Counted from the first letter of the stretch, positions 31,195-41,599 are shown. The stretch is 64,000 bases of DNA from Planctomycetota bacterium (GCA_015075515.1 JABTUE010000004.1:457119-521118); one strand, 5' to 3'. Translations and numbers: made by a program. The notes: generated by a model not told the origin, from the sequence alone.

Positions 31195-31527
31195 TCACGC
31201 GAGAATTTCAAAGTCACGGAACTCGCGGCATTGCGCCCGAAGCAGCATGGCCAGCAGGAAGCCGACCTGTTGCGCAGGCGGCGAGTTCTTGCGCAGGTGA
31301 AAACACAGCCCCAACGTTCGGCCCGTGTCGTCATCAAGCGCAATCAGCAGCTCGCCGAACTTGGAACCGTCGGGGTTTTCGCCGTCCTTGATGCGGATGG
31401 TGCGGTGCTGGCCGCGCTTGTATTCGGGGTTCGTGACGTGGATGAAGTAGCGATCGAGGAAATCGCGGCCGATCTTTTCGAACTGCGCGGCCACTGCGCT
31501 GGCGTGGCCGTGCGTCGGGAAGTTCAC
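31195..31527 (-). CDS. Hypothetical protein
   Basis: 110-codon ORF with plausible composition; no recognised family. Confidence 0.45.
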   Translation of the reverse strand: MNFPTHGHASAVAAQFEKIGRDFLDRYFIHVTNPEYKRGQHRTIRIKDGENPDGSKFGELLIALDDDTGRTLGLCFHLRKNSPPAQQVGFLLAMLLRAQCREFRDFEILA

Positions 31528-31673
31528 ATTGGCCGGCCGCTTAATTTGATCCAGCGATTGAGCATCTCCTCCAGCATGCGCAGCGTGTGCTGCTGTTCCT
31601 CGCGCATGACGACAGGCCCGGCGCGGATGTCCTCTGTCTCTTTCTGCACGTCGCCAGCGACGGTGACGCGCGC

Positions 31674-31862
31674 CTAGCGTCGCCTAAACCAGACCTCAGA
31701 AAACAGCCAACTGAAATAACCGCAAATCACGACGCCGGTCGCGCCAATTCCGATCAGCATTCCATCCTCTCTCACAAGCCCGACGATCAATAGCACCACA
31801 CTGGCCAGCAGCAACAGCATGGCGAGGCAGGAGCGAAACGGTTTTCGCAGTTCGTCGTACAT
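31674..31862 (-). CDS. Small hydrophobic ORF, possibly the 5' part of an interrupted gene
   Basis: Two TM-like segments; frame stays open 49 codons past its TAG. Confidence 0.35.
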   Translation of the reverse strand: MYDELRKPFRSCLAMLLLLASVVLLIVGLVREDGMLIGIGATGVVICGYFSWLFSEVWFRRR

Positions 31863-31939
31863 GTGCGTTGGCCGACCTGGTGCAGCGTCAGGTAAGTCTT
31901 CCGGCAGCTAGGTTGTGAGCGGCTGACCGGTGCAGGTCC

Positions 31940-32500
31940 ACTGTATGGTTGGGCATTTTCGTTGCGCCAGTCCATCCACGCAAGCCGCTTTTCCTGCCAG
32001 TCCGGGATACTCTCGAAGTTCCCGCGCCGGATCACGTTGCGGCTGATCTCGGCAAAGAACAACTCCACTATATTCAGCCAACTCGCGTGTGTCGGCGTGG
32101 GATACACCTGCACACGGCCCCGGTACCGGGCAATCTCCTGCTTCACGGCATCCGTGTTATGCGCGCTGAGGTTGGCCCTGGCGCATGGGTTGGTCGGGGC
32201 GCTTGCACTGAAGCGCTTGGATGCAGGTCTTCTCGTCGAAGCACAGCACCACGGAGTGCTTTGGCGGATGCAGGTACAGGTTCACGACGTCCTGCATCTT
32301 TGTGTCAAAGTCCGGGTCCTGGCTGTGCAGCCAGTAGCGCGAACGATGGGGCTTGATCTCGGCCGCGTTGAGCCAGACGCGCACTGTTTCGTGGCCGCCA
32401 TCGGGCAGCGGCGCCAGTGAGAACGCCATGCATGCCAGCAGGCGCAGCGTCCAGTGGGTGTGCAACAGGCCGTGGTGAGACGACGGCTTGCAGGCGAGCG
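31940..32500 (-). mobile_element. IS630-family transposase remnant (fragmented, internally deleted); boundaries approximate
   Basis: HWTLRLLA..IKPHR..DPDF..VLCFDEKTCIQAL and TPTHASWLNIVELFF..IRRGNF in separate ORF fragments. Confidence 0.85.
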
Positions 32501-32512
32501 CGTTCAGCCGAT

Positions 32513-33346
32513 GTTTGTGCAATTGAAGCGCTGCAACCGGGCATGCTGGTGCTGTCGCGGTCAGAGGATGGCTTCGATCACCCGCTTGTCTTGCGTGCCG
32601 TCACATTCACCACCTCGCGCCTGGTGGATGAACTGGTCGAGGTCACGGTCGTAGATGACCGCACATCGAGCGTCAGCAAGATCACGACCACCGCCGGGCA
32701 CCCGATCTGGACCTGGGCGCGCGAAGGCGAGCTTGTGGACGTGGCCTGCACCATCGCCGACGAAGAAGTCGGCCTGAAGTACGTCACCGGCACAGACGGA
32801 GGCCGCAAACAGGCCGACCAGGGCTGGACGTTTGCCACGGACATTAAGCCCAGGCAGTGGGTCGCCGGCCCCACGCGGCCGCTGGGGACCGTGGCCGGCG
32901 TCAGGCACATTGAAGCCCCCGGCACCCGCGTCTACAATTTCGGCGTTGACGGCACCCGGACGTACTTCGTAAGCGGTACAACGGTCTGCGGCCAGCCGAT
33001 GCCTGTGTGGGTGCACAACACCCACCGCAGGACGAGCAAGGCACCGGAGGGCACCTCTGTTCGGGTTGGAAAGAACGGCGGAGAAATGCCCGCCGAGCAC
33101 GCGAAGATAGTCGCTGAGCGTGAAAAGCGCCGTGCTGAGCAACGAAACAAGAAAGCACGAGAATGTAATGGACAAAATGCCCAAGGTTCCAAGAAGGAAA
33201 AGGGGCAAAAAGGGCCCAGCGGAGTAATGCCTGAAGAAGCGCGAAAGAAAAAACAAGAGGCGCAACAGCGCGAGCGAAACGTAGGCATAGATGAGGAGCA
33301 TAGCCGACGCACGAAGAACAACCCGGGAGCGGGGGCTAAACGATGA
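32513..33346 (+). pseudogene. N-terminally truncated polymorphic toxin: pretoxin Hint domain plus unknown C-terminal toxin domain
   Basis: IEALQPGMLVLS, TTAGHPIW, W..A..IKP, VYNFGVDGTRTYFV, VWVHN; lower-GC tail; 5' end abuts the IS630 remnant. Confidence 0.8.
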
Positions 33347-33789
33347 TTAGTCATGATCTCAATACGCCCGTTCAGCGTGAATTTGCCGATGCATTCCTTG
33401 CGCGTAAGCGTGCGATGAACGGTCGTGGCGGAAAACTTGAGGTCAAGCGCCATCCTGAGCCAATGGGGGAATTGGAGGTGTGGTACCTGTATTGTGTCGG
33501 CGGTACCGAGTGGGAACTGATTGCCTGGGTTTGCGTCGATTCAAGTCTTATCGTCGAGGCCAGATCGCGCAGGAGAAAAACGTTCGGAAAGAAGCTCTTT
33601 TCGACTAGACTCAAGACGCTAGGCGCGGCATCGAAGAGTGAGGCGTCCTTGGTTCAGGTGCGAAGGGATGTGGAAGACGTTGTTGCTGCCTTTGAAGAGT
33701 CAATTGGTTGCCTCAACGCGGCTGGTTCGGAGCAGCGTGTCTCCAAGGCGTTGACAAAGATATGGGGGTTCTTGGCCCATCGTGATTGA
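33343..33789 (+). CDS. Putative cognate immunity protein
   Basis: ATGA overlap with the toxin stop; lower GC; 148 aa. Confidence 0.6.
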   Translation: MISHDLNTPVQREFADAFLARKRAMNGRGGKLEVKRHPEPMGELEVWYLYCVGGTEWELIAWVCVDSSLIVEARSRRRKTFGKKLFSTRLKTLGAASKSEASLVQVRRDVEDVVAAFEESIGCLNAAGSEQRVSKALTKIWGFLAHRD

Positions 33790-33859
33790 CAAGCCGACCC
33801 GCAGCCATACGGTTCGGAGATAAACGGGGTCTGACTACTTTGTTTCTTGAACCCGGCGC

Positions 33860-34187
33860 AAGGTGGGCACGCGGGCCAAGGTGAACTGGTACCGGGACAA
33901 CAACGCCCGCACGGACAATTCGCCCCCGGCCACTCCTGACAGCACGACTTCACCCAGCCAGACCACCAGCTATGACACCCGTGACGGTGCCCGCAGGGCA
34001 CGCACCGCAGGCAAAGCACTGCTTTGCCGAGGAACAGCGCCGACCCGGACAACCCGGCCGGCGACGGCAACGGTTCACGCCACAACTACACCACCATCGG
34101 CCAGGGTGCCTGAAGGGCGCCCCGGCCATCACCCTGTTTGAGAATTTAACATACACCCGCAGCTTCAGCAGCGGCGCCCACGCCTGA
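33860..34187 (+). pseudogene. Possible degraded Rhs/YD-repeat fragment
   Basis: Short frames with TTSYDT, HNYTT, LTYT after the toxin-immunity pair. Confidence 0.25.
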
Positions 34188-34266
34188 CCATCGGGTTCAA
34201 GCGCCCGGATTATGCCCCATCAGCCACCCGTGACAGTCCGCCCGGCGCTGCTAATCTTGGCCGCGC

Positions 34267-37200
34267 ATGGCCCGTCACGACAGCGTTTCCGCCGAACTTG
34301 CCCGCGCCCGCAGCGTGCAGGAGTTCATGCTGCCGGCGGCGCCGACGGTGCCCGGCCTTGAAATCGCCACCAGCTACCGCGCCTGCAAGGGTCTGGGGGG
34401 AGACTTTTACGATTTTCTGGTGGTGGATCCGTGGCACCTGGGGATCGTGATTGCCGACGTGTCCGGCCACGGCACGGCCGCGGCGCTGGTCATGAGCGCG
34501 GCCAAAAAAACCCTCCAGATTGTCGGGCGCAACTGCCACTCCCCGCGCGATGTGCTGCTGCTGGCCAACGACGCGATCCGCGCCGACCTTCCGCGCGGCA
34601 TGTTCGTCAGCGCCTGGTACGGCATTCTGGACATCCGCGACCTTTCGCTGGTGTTTGCCCGCGCCGGCCATCCGCCCTGTCTTCTGGTTTCTGACGGCGC
34701 CGTGCGCGGCCAGTGGCCCGAAGGCCCGGGCCCGGTTCTGGGCATCATGCCCTCCAGCCAGCTTGGCCCGCGGCTGGCTGAAAGCCGTCTGCAACTGCGG
34801 CCCGGCGACGCGATGCTGCTGCACACCGACGGTCTGAGCGAAGCCTTTGCCCCCGAAGGCGAAATGTACGGCAAGACGCGCCTGCACCAGAAACTGCTGC
34901 GCGCGCCCGACGTGGGCGCCGAACAGTTCATCACCGAGCTGCGCGCCGACGTGGACAGGTTCCGCGCCGACGAACCCCCCACCGACGACGAGGCCATGGT
35001 GCTGGTGCGCGTGCTGGGCCGCATGGGCAAGCCCCAGCCCCTGGGCAGCGGCGAAGACGCCGAAGCCCCCGAGTTCCTGGACGACCTGCCGCCGCTGCTG
35101 GGCCGTGACCGCGACATTGCCGAACTGTGCGACCTGATCGGCGGCGACGCCGCGCTGGTCACCATTACCGGCCCCGGCGGCGTGGGCAAGACGCGCGCGG
35201 CACAGGCCGTGGCGGCACGCATGAAGAACCACTTTCCGTCCGGCGTCTGGTTTGTGGACCTGACCTCGGCGCGCGAAACCTGGGCGATCTGCCGTGCCGT
35301 GGCGGGCGCGCTGGGCGTGCAGGAGGGCGACAGCGCCCTGAACGTGCGTGTGGGCAATGCCCTGCGCGGCCGCGCGGCCTCGCGCGGCGGGCCGGCCCTG
35401 CTGGTGCTGGACAACTGCGAGCAGGCCGCCGAGCCCGTGGGCCGCCTGGTCAACGAATGGCGCGCCCGCGCGCCCGGCACGCGCTTTCTGCTGACTTCGC
35501 GCGTGCCGGTGAACACCCGGGGCGAACACATTTACAACCTGCGCCCGCTGCGCACGCCGTCCCGCCGCACAGGCCGCATCACCGTCAACGAAGCTGTGCT
35601 GAAGGCTCTGGCCGAAATCCCCAGCGTGGACCTGTTCGTGCGTCGCGCGCGCGAACGTTCACCGCGCTTTGCCCTGACCGCGCAGAACGCCGAAACCGTC
35701 TGCCGTATCTGCGAGGCGCTGGACGGGCTGCCGCTGGCGATTGAGCTGGCGGCCGCGCGCGTGGGCGTGATGACACCTGAAAAAATCCTGGAGCGCCTGG
35801 GCGAACGTTTTGAATGGCTGCGCGGCCGCGAAGACACCGGCCACCACGCCACGCTGGAGGATCTGATCGGCTGGTCCTGGGACCTGCTGGAACCCGCCGA
35901 GCGCGACCTGCTGGCCGAACTGTCCGTGTTTCACGGCGGCTTTGTGCTGGAAACCGCCCAACAGGTGGTCCAGGTGCGCGACGGCGCCGGCGCGCTGGCC
36001 GACATGCTGGAGGGCCTGTGCGCCAAAAGCCTGATGTACCGCGAGCCCCAGCCCGAACTGGACGACGAACCGCGCTTTTACCTGTACGAATCCGTGCGCC
36101 TGTACGCCGAACAGCGGCTCAACGCCCTGGGCCGCGGCGACGAAACCCGCGCGCGCTGGCGCTCGGCCCTGGTGGAATACGCCCGGCGCTGGTGGCAGCG
36201 CCGCCTTTCCACCCGCGCGCTGGAGGCCCGCGCGCGCTACGAGGCCGAGCTTGACGGCCTGCTGCGCATCGCGCGCGAAGGCACTCCGGTGGAACTCGCG
36301 GGCTGGGCCGCGGTGATCATTTCTTCAACCCAGGCCCGCACCGGCGCCGACCCGCAGATCGAGGAACTGGTCGCGCGCAGCCGCAACCTGCTTCCGCCTT
36401 CGCTTGAAGTCGGCCAGTGGCTGGTGCTGGCCGAGGCCGAATCACTGACCCGCCGCGCCCCCGCCGAGGCCGAGCGCATGGTCAAGGCCGTCGAGTTTGC
36501 CGGGCCGATCCGCTACTTCTCGCGCATTCTGCTGGCCAAGTGCGCCATGGCCCGCGGCGACATGGCGGAAACCGAGGCCCTGACCCGCCTGGCGCTGGAG
36601 GTTCCCGGTCTTACGCCGCTGCAGAAGGCCGCGGCCAACGATCGCATCGGTCTGTGCCACTACCGCGCCGGGCGGCTGGACGACGCGATTGACAGCTTTG
36701 ACGCCGCCCTGCGCGTGGCGCTGGACCAGAAGGACGTGCTGCTGGAATCCACTGTTCTGGCGCACGTGGGCAGTACGCACAAACTGAAGGGCGACTTCGA
36801 AAAGAGCGAATTTTTCATCCGCGAGGCGATCCGCCTGGCCCAGTCCGTTGGCGCCGCGGTCAGTGAATCAAGCTGGCTGGGCAACCTGGGCGTGACTCTG
36901 GCGGCCGCCGGCAAGCTGCAATCGGCCGAGGCCTGCATCCTGCGCGCGCTGCGCCTGACGCGCGAAACCGGCAACCCTTCCACCGAGGCCAGCCACCTGA
37001 TCAACCTGGCCTACGTGTACCACCGGCAGCAGCGCGCCGAGGAAGCCCTGCCGCTGCTGCGCGAGGCGCTGCGCATTCACACCGAAATCGGCAACCGCCA
37101 CGGCACGGCGCTGGCGCTGGCCAATATCGCGGCGCTGGAACGCCAGGAAGGCAGGCTGGACGAGGCGCTGGCGCGCTTTGAACAGTCGCGCGAGGCGTTT

Positions 37201-37557
37201 CTGCGCCTGAGCGACGCCTATGCCGCCGCCGGCCAGTTGGCGCATATCGGTACCACGCTGGCGCTGATGTACGCGCGCCGGCCTGACCCGGCGCTGCTGG
37301 ACCGCGCGATTGAGACCCTGCGCCGCTGCATGGCCGAACTGCAACAGCACAAGTTTCTGCGCGACATGGCCTGCGAGGCGCAACTGGCGCATTGCCTGCG
37401 CCTCAAGGGCGAAACCGCCGAAGCCCGGCGCCTGGCCCAGGGCGTGCTGGAGGCCGAAAAGCGCGCGCCCAACAGCCTGCCGCGCGAGGCCCTGGACACG
37501 GCGCGCGCAACCCTGGATGCCATCCGCGCCGCCGAACCCGACCCGTTCGGAGCCTGA
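34267..37557 (+). CDS. SpoIIE-type PP2C phosphatase fused to a STAND NTPase and TPR repeats
   Basis: GGDFYD, ADVSGHG, HTDGL, DD (SpoIIE); GPGGVGKT, LVLDNCE, LDGLPLAIELAAAR (STAND); C-terminal TPRs. Confidence 0.9.
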   Translation: MARHDSVSAELARARSVQEFMLPAAPTVPGLEIATSYRACKGLGGDFYDFLVVDPWHLGIVIADVSGHGTAAALVMSAAKKTLQIVGRNCHSPRDVLLLANDAIRADLPRGMFVSAWYGILDIRDLSLVFARAGHPPCLLVSDGAVRGQWPEGPGPVLGIMPSSQLGPRLAESRLQLRPGDAMLLHTDGLSEAFAPEGEMYGKTRLHQKLLRAPDVGAEQFITELRADVDRFRADEPPTDDEAMVLVRVLGRMGKPQPLGSGEDAEAPEFLDDLPPLLGRDRDIAELCDLIGGDAALVTITGPGGVGKTRAAQAVAARMKNHFPSGVWFVDLTSARETWAICRAVAGALGVQEGDSALNVRVGNALRGRAASRGGPALLVLDNCEQAAEPVGRLVNEWRARAPGTRFLLTSRVPVNTRGEHIYNLRPLRTPSRRTGRITVNEAVLKALAEIPSVDLFVRRARERSPRFALTAQNAETVCRICEALDGLPLAIELAAARVGVMTPEKILERLGERFEWLRGREDTGHHATLEDLIGWSWDLLEPAERDLLAELSVFHGGFVLETAQQVVQVRDGAGALADMLEGLCAKSLMYREPQPELDDEPRFYLYESVRLYAEQRLNALGRGDETRARWRSALVEYARRWWQRRLSTRALEARARYEAELDGLLRIAREGTPVELAGWAAVIISSTQARTGADPQIEELVARSRNLLPPSLEVGQWLVLAEAESLTRRAPAEAERMVKAVEFAGPIRYFSRILLAKCAMARGDMAETEALTRLALEVPGLTPLQKAAANDRIGLCHYRAGRLDDAIDSFDAALRVALDQKDVLLESTVLAHVGSTHKLKGDFEKSEFFIREAIRLAQSVGAAVSESSWLGNLGVTLAAAGKLQSAEACILRALRLTRETGNPSTEASHLINLAYVYHRQQRAEEALPLLREALRIHTEIGNRHGTALALANIAALERQEGRLDEALARFEQSREAFLRLSDAYAAAGQLAHIGTTLALMYARRPDPALLDRAIETLRRCMAELQQHKFLRDMACEAQLAHCLRLKGETAEARRLAQGVLEAEKRAPNSLPREALDTARATLDAIRAAEPDPFGA

Positions 37558-37606
37558 GCGCGCGCCTGACTGGCAAACCCGCCGATGCAGAGTAAGTTGC
37601 CCCGCC

Positions 37607-38944
37607 ATGGCCCGGATTGAACCGCGCATTCTCAAGGGTTTTCGCGATTACCTGCCCGAGGTGATGGTGCCGCGCGTGCGCCTGCTGCGCGCGATTACCG
37701 CCGTGTTTGAACGTTTCGGCTTTGAGCCGCTGGACACACCGTGCATTGAGTACGCCGAAATCCTGCTGGGCAAGCTGGGCCCCGAGGCCGAAAAACTGTT
37801 TTACCGCTTCCGCGACAACGGCGACCGCGACGTTGCCCTGCGCTATGAACTGACCATCAGCCTGGCGCGCGTCGTTGCCCAATACCGTGACCTGCCCCGC
37901 CCCTTCAAGCGGTACCAGCTTGGGCCTGTGTGGCGCGCCGAAAGCCCCGCCCGCGGGCGCTTTCGGGAGTTCTGGCAGTGCGACGTGGACATCGTGGGCA
38001 CGCCAAGCCTGCACGCCGACGCCGAATGCATCGCCATTGACCACGCCGTGATGACGGCCGTGGGCGCCCCCGATTACCGCATCCGTTTCAACAACCGCAA
38101 GCTGTTCCGCGGCCTGCAGGCCCGCGCCGGCATCACCGATGCGCGGCAGATGGAGGCCGTGATGCGCGCCGTGGACAAGTTCGACAAGATCGGCGCCGAT
38201 GCCGTGCGCAAAGAACTGGCCGACGGCGGCCTGGGCCAAGCGCCGCTGGCCACGGTGATGGATTTTCTGGCGCTTGCCGCCGCGCCCATGAGCAACACCG
38301 ACCGGATTGCCGCCGCGCGCGAGTTTGCCGGCGGCGACCAGGTTGGCGCCCGGGGCTGCGACGAACTGCGCCAGGTTCACGAAACCGCGCTGGCGCTGGG
38401 CGTGCCTGACAGCGTGATGCGCGTGGACACCACCATCGTGCGCGGGCTGGATTACTACACCGGCACGGTGTTCGAGACATTCCTTGGTGACCTGCCGGGT
38501 TTTGGCAGTGTCATGTCCGGCGGCCGCTACGACGGCCTGATCGGCCTGTTCACCGACGAAGACATTCCCGCCGTGGGCATCAGCGTGGGCATTGACCGCC
38601 TGATCGCCGCCCTGGAAGAACTGAACAGGCTGCCGCCCGGTCGTGCCAGCGCCGGCGTGCTGGTCACGGTGTTTGACCAGGCCGGCGCGGCCTATGCCGC
38701 GCGCGTGGCGACGCTGCTGCGCGGTGCCGGCATCAACGCCGAACTGTGGCTGGAACCGGGCGCCAAATTGCAGAAACAGCTCAAGTACGCCGAACGCAAG
38801 GGCATTCAGCGCGTGATTGTGGCCGGCCCCGCCGAAGCCGAAGCCGGCACGGTAAACCTGAAAACCCTGGCCACGCGCGAACAGGTGACGGTCAGGCTGG
38901 ACGACCTGGCCCGGGTTCTTGCCGGCCAAGCCCCCACGACCTGA
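37607..38944 (+). CDS. hisS: Histidine--tRNA ligase
   Basis: KGFRDY, LRYELT, WRAESPARGRFREFWQCD, VRGLDYYTG, GGRYDGL. Confidence 0.97.
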   Translation: MARIEPRILKGFRDYLPEVMVPRVRLLRAITAVFERFGFEPLDTPCIEYAEILLGKLGPEAEKLFYRFRDNGDRDVALRYELTISLARVVAQYRDLPRPFKRYQLGPVWRAESPARGRFREFWQCDVDIVGTPSLHADAECIAIDHAVMTAVGAPDYRIRFNNRKLFRGLQARAGITDARQMEAVMRAVDKFDKIGADAVRKELADGGLGQAPLATVMDFLALAAAPMSNTDRIAAAREFAGGDQVGARGCDELRQVHETALALGVPDSVMRVDTTIVRGLDYYTGTVFETFLGDLPGFGSVMSGGRYDGLIGLFTDEDIPAVGISVGIDRLIAALEELNRLPPGRASAGVLVTVFDQAGAAYAARVATLLRGAGINAELWLEPGAKLQKQLKYAERKGIQRVIVAGPAEAEAGTVNLKTLATREQVTVRLDDLARVLAGQAPTT

Positions 38945-39518
38945 GCCGGGCTGCGACTTCGGGCTCGTCGCGCGGGCCAAGGTATTCTGCAAAGCTGTCC
39001 CACGGCACAAACAGCAGGTGTTCGGGCGACAGCCCCCCGGCAAACTCGCTCGCGCGCCGCGCCTCAAAGGCCAGACAGCGCAGGTCCGGCCCGGTTTCGC
39101 CCGGCGGCGGCTGCAGCCGCAGGTGGCCCTGCGGCGACCGGCTGGCGCTGACCACAACCGGGTGCGCGGCCAGCAGGTCCAGCGCCTCCATGATTCCCCG
39201 CGCGTCGCGCAGCGGCACGCACTGGCGCAGCAGCACCACCGGCGCGCCTTCCGCGGCGCGCTCGCGCATGGCGGCCACAAAATCCAGCGGCGACATCTCG
39301 CGCAGTTCGTGGCGGCCCGCGATTTCCAGCAGCGTTTCGTCGGTCTGCGGCGCCAGCAGCACAACGCGCGCCGCCGGCGCAACCCGGCGCGCGACGGCAA
39401 TCTGGTGTTCCAGCAGGTTGACGCCCGCGACGGACAGCGCGCCGGGGTCAGCCAGCGTGCCGCCCTCCAGCCGCATCCGGCGCGTGATTTCAATTGCAAC
39501 CCAGGGGTCCGGCCGCAT
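38892..39518 (-). CDS. Hypothetical protein
   Basis: Fills the gap between hisS and rimO; no recognised motif. Confidence 0.45.
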   Translation of the reverse strand: MRPDPWVAIEITRRMRLEGGTLADPGALSVAGVNLLEHQIAVARRVAPAARVVLLAPQTDETLLEIAGRHELREMSPLDFVAAMRERAAEGAPVVLLRQCVPLRDARGIMEALDLLAAHPVVVSASRSPQGHLRLQPPPGETGPDLRCLAFEARRASEFAGGLSPEHLLFVPWDSFAEYLGPRDEPEVAARLRSWGLGRQEPGPGRPA

Positions 39519-39593
39519 CGCCCCGGTTTAGCATGGGCGCGGCCGGCTTTCCGCCGCCTTTCACAAATGCGCGCGGCGGTTAGCATCCGCCCC

Positions 39594-40943
39594 ATGAAGA
39601 CGGCGCTGGGCAGCGTGGCCTTTGTTTCGCTGGGCTGCCCCAAAAACCTGATTGACAGCGAAACCATGCTGGGCGGCATCGCCGCCGAGGGCTACATTGT
39701 GACGCCGGACTACAGCGACGCCGACGTTGTGGTCGTCAACACCTGCGGCTTTCTTGACGCCTCGCGCCGCGAATCACTGGACTACATCCAGCGCATGCTG
39801 GCGCTCAAGGACAAGGGCAGCGTCAAGCGCGTCGTTGTGGCCGGGTGCATGGTCGGCAACTACCGCGACGTGCTGGACCGCGAAGCGCCCGGCGTGGACG
39901 CGCTGGTCAGTGTCAACGACCGCACGCGCCTGAGTGACGTGCTGCGCGAGCTTTCCGCCAGCGGCGAACTGGCCCGCCGCGTGGCGATTTCGGACCCCGA
40001 CGAAAAAGGCACCGTTTACGACGACCGCGCGCGTTTGCGCATGACGCCGCGCCACTACGCGTACCTGCGCATCAGCGAGGGCTGCGACCACAAGTGCAGC
40101 TTCTGCACCATTCCTTCCATCCGCGGGCGCTTCCGCAGCAAGCCGCGCGACCGGATCCTTGCCGAGGCCCGCGAACTGGCCGCCGACGGCGCCAAAGAAC
40201 TCATCGTCGTGGCCCAGGACAGCACCTATTACGGCCTGGACACCGACGGCCGCAAAACCGTGCACGAAGTGCTGGCCGATCTTTGCCGCGTGGACGGCGT
40301 GCACTGGGTGCGCCTGATGTACGCCTACCCCACACAGGTCACCGACGACCTGATTGACCTGCTGGCGCGCGAACCAAAGCTCAACGCCTACATTGACATG
40401 CCGCTTCAGCACATCAGCACCCCCGTGCTGCAACGCATGCGGCGCGGCAGCACGCGCGACACGACCCTGCGCCTGATTGAAAAACTGCGCGCCCGCGTTC
40501 CCGGCCTGACATTGCGCAGCACGTTCATTGTCGGCTTTCCCGGCGAAACCGATACCCAGTTCGAGGAACTGATCGAGTTTATCCGGCAGGGCCATGTGGA
40601 CCGCGCCGGGGCCTTTCCCTACAGCGACGAAGACAAGGCCGCCAGCTTCGCGCTGGACGGCAAGCTGCCCGCCGATGTGATCGAGGCCCGCCACCGGCGC
40701 TTCATGGAGGTAAACCGCGAGGTGCTGTTTGCCGCCAACGAAAGGCTGGTGGGCAAAACCGTCCAGGTGCTGGTGGATGGCCCCAGCCAGGACCCCAAGT
40801 ACCCAAGCCAGGGTCGCTCGCGCGCCGACGCCCCCGAGATTGACTGCTCGGTGCTGCTCAAGGGCAAACATGAACCCGGCACGCTGCTGTCGGCCAAGGT
40901 CGTGCGCAGCCTGGGGTTTGACCTGCTGTGCCGGACTGATTGA
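39594..40943 (+). CDS. rimO: Ribosomal protein S12 methylthiotransferase
   Basis: SLGCPKNLIDSE, NTCGF, EGCDHKCSFC radical SAM motif, TRAM end with DAPEID. Confidence 0.95.
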   Translation: MKTALGSVAFVSLGCPKNLIDSETMLGGIAAEGYIVTPDYSDADVVVVNTCGFLDASRRESLDYIQRMLALKDKGSVKRVVVAGCMVGNYRDVLDREAPGVDALVSVNDRTRLSDVLRELSASGELARRVAISDPDEKGTVYDDRARLRMTPRHYAYLRISEGCDHKCSFCTIPSIRGRFRSKPRDRILAEARELAADGAKELIVVAQDSTYYGLDTDGRKTVHEVLADLCRVDGVHWVRLMYAYPTQVTDDLIDLLAREPKLNAYIDMPLQHISTPVLQRMRRGSTRDTTLRLIEKLRARVPGLTLRSTFIVGFPGETDTQFEELIEFIRQGHVDRAGAFPYSDEDKAASFALDGKLPADVIEARHRRFMEVNREVLFAANERLVGKTVQVLVDGPSQDPKYPSQGRSRADAPEIDCSVLLKGKHEPGTLLSAKVVRSLGFDLLCRTD

Positions 40944-40950
40944 TCCGATT

Positions 40951-41047
40951 CCTCCGCCCCTTCGGGGCGGGGGTTACAGGGAGACCGTCTTCCACGGGTT
41001 CCGCTTCGCTCCACCCGTGGCTACAGCCCGCGGCCCCTTCGGGGCCG
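40951..41047. repeat. REP-like composite palindromic element
   Basis: Two GCCCC-TTC-GGGGC hairpins flanking CCACGGGT-13 nt-ACCCGTGG followed by CTACA. Confidence 0.65.
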
Positions 41048-41599
41048 AATGAGGCCGGGGCGGGGACGGAATTTGGCGCGGGCGAAAGACGCATTGGCGC
41101 GGGCGGGACGGGCTGGCGGCTTGCATCCGGTTCTCAACCCTCCCGCCCCTGGAACCCGCCCCCAGCCCCTAAACCTCTCCCCAGGACGCCCTCCTCCAAC
41201 CTTCCGCCGCCAATCTTCTCTCCCCACCCTCCGTTCCACCCGGGTCACTTGCAAATAATTCTTGTCCGCGCGGTGTCACGCTCGTGCCATCCAGTGATGA
41301 CGCGCGACGCCGACGAGCCTCTGATTCTCAACTCGAACAGGAGTGGATCTACGACGGCGTTGCCGCGACGGCGGCGAACTCAACATCATCCGCGCCACCT
41401 GATCCCGCCCCGCAACGAACTCGAGGTCAACCGCCCATCGGCCCCCAGCCAACGCGCCCAAACTGCGGCCTGCCGCGCCCAACAGCCGCTTTCACTCAGG
41501 GCCGACGCCCGCATCCTGACGCCGAGGCGCCCTACTGAGCGCGTGCGCAAGTGCGATGAAGGTTTGAGGGGCACGGTCAGCTGGGCGAGATCGCCGCGC

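Noticed and set aside
32513-33020. Hint domain as a classical mobile intein in a housekeeping gene
   Set aside because: No host extein or homing endonuclease, and the context (variable tail plus coupled small ORF) fits a polymorphic toxin.
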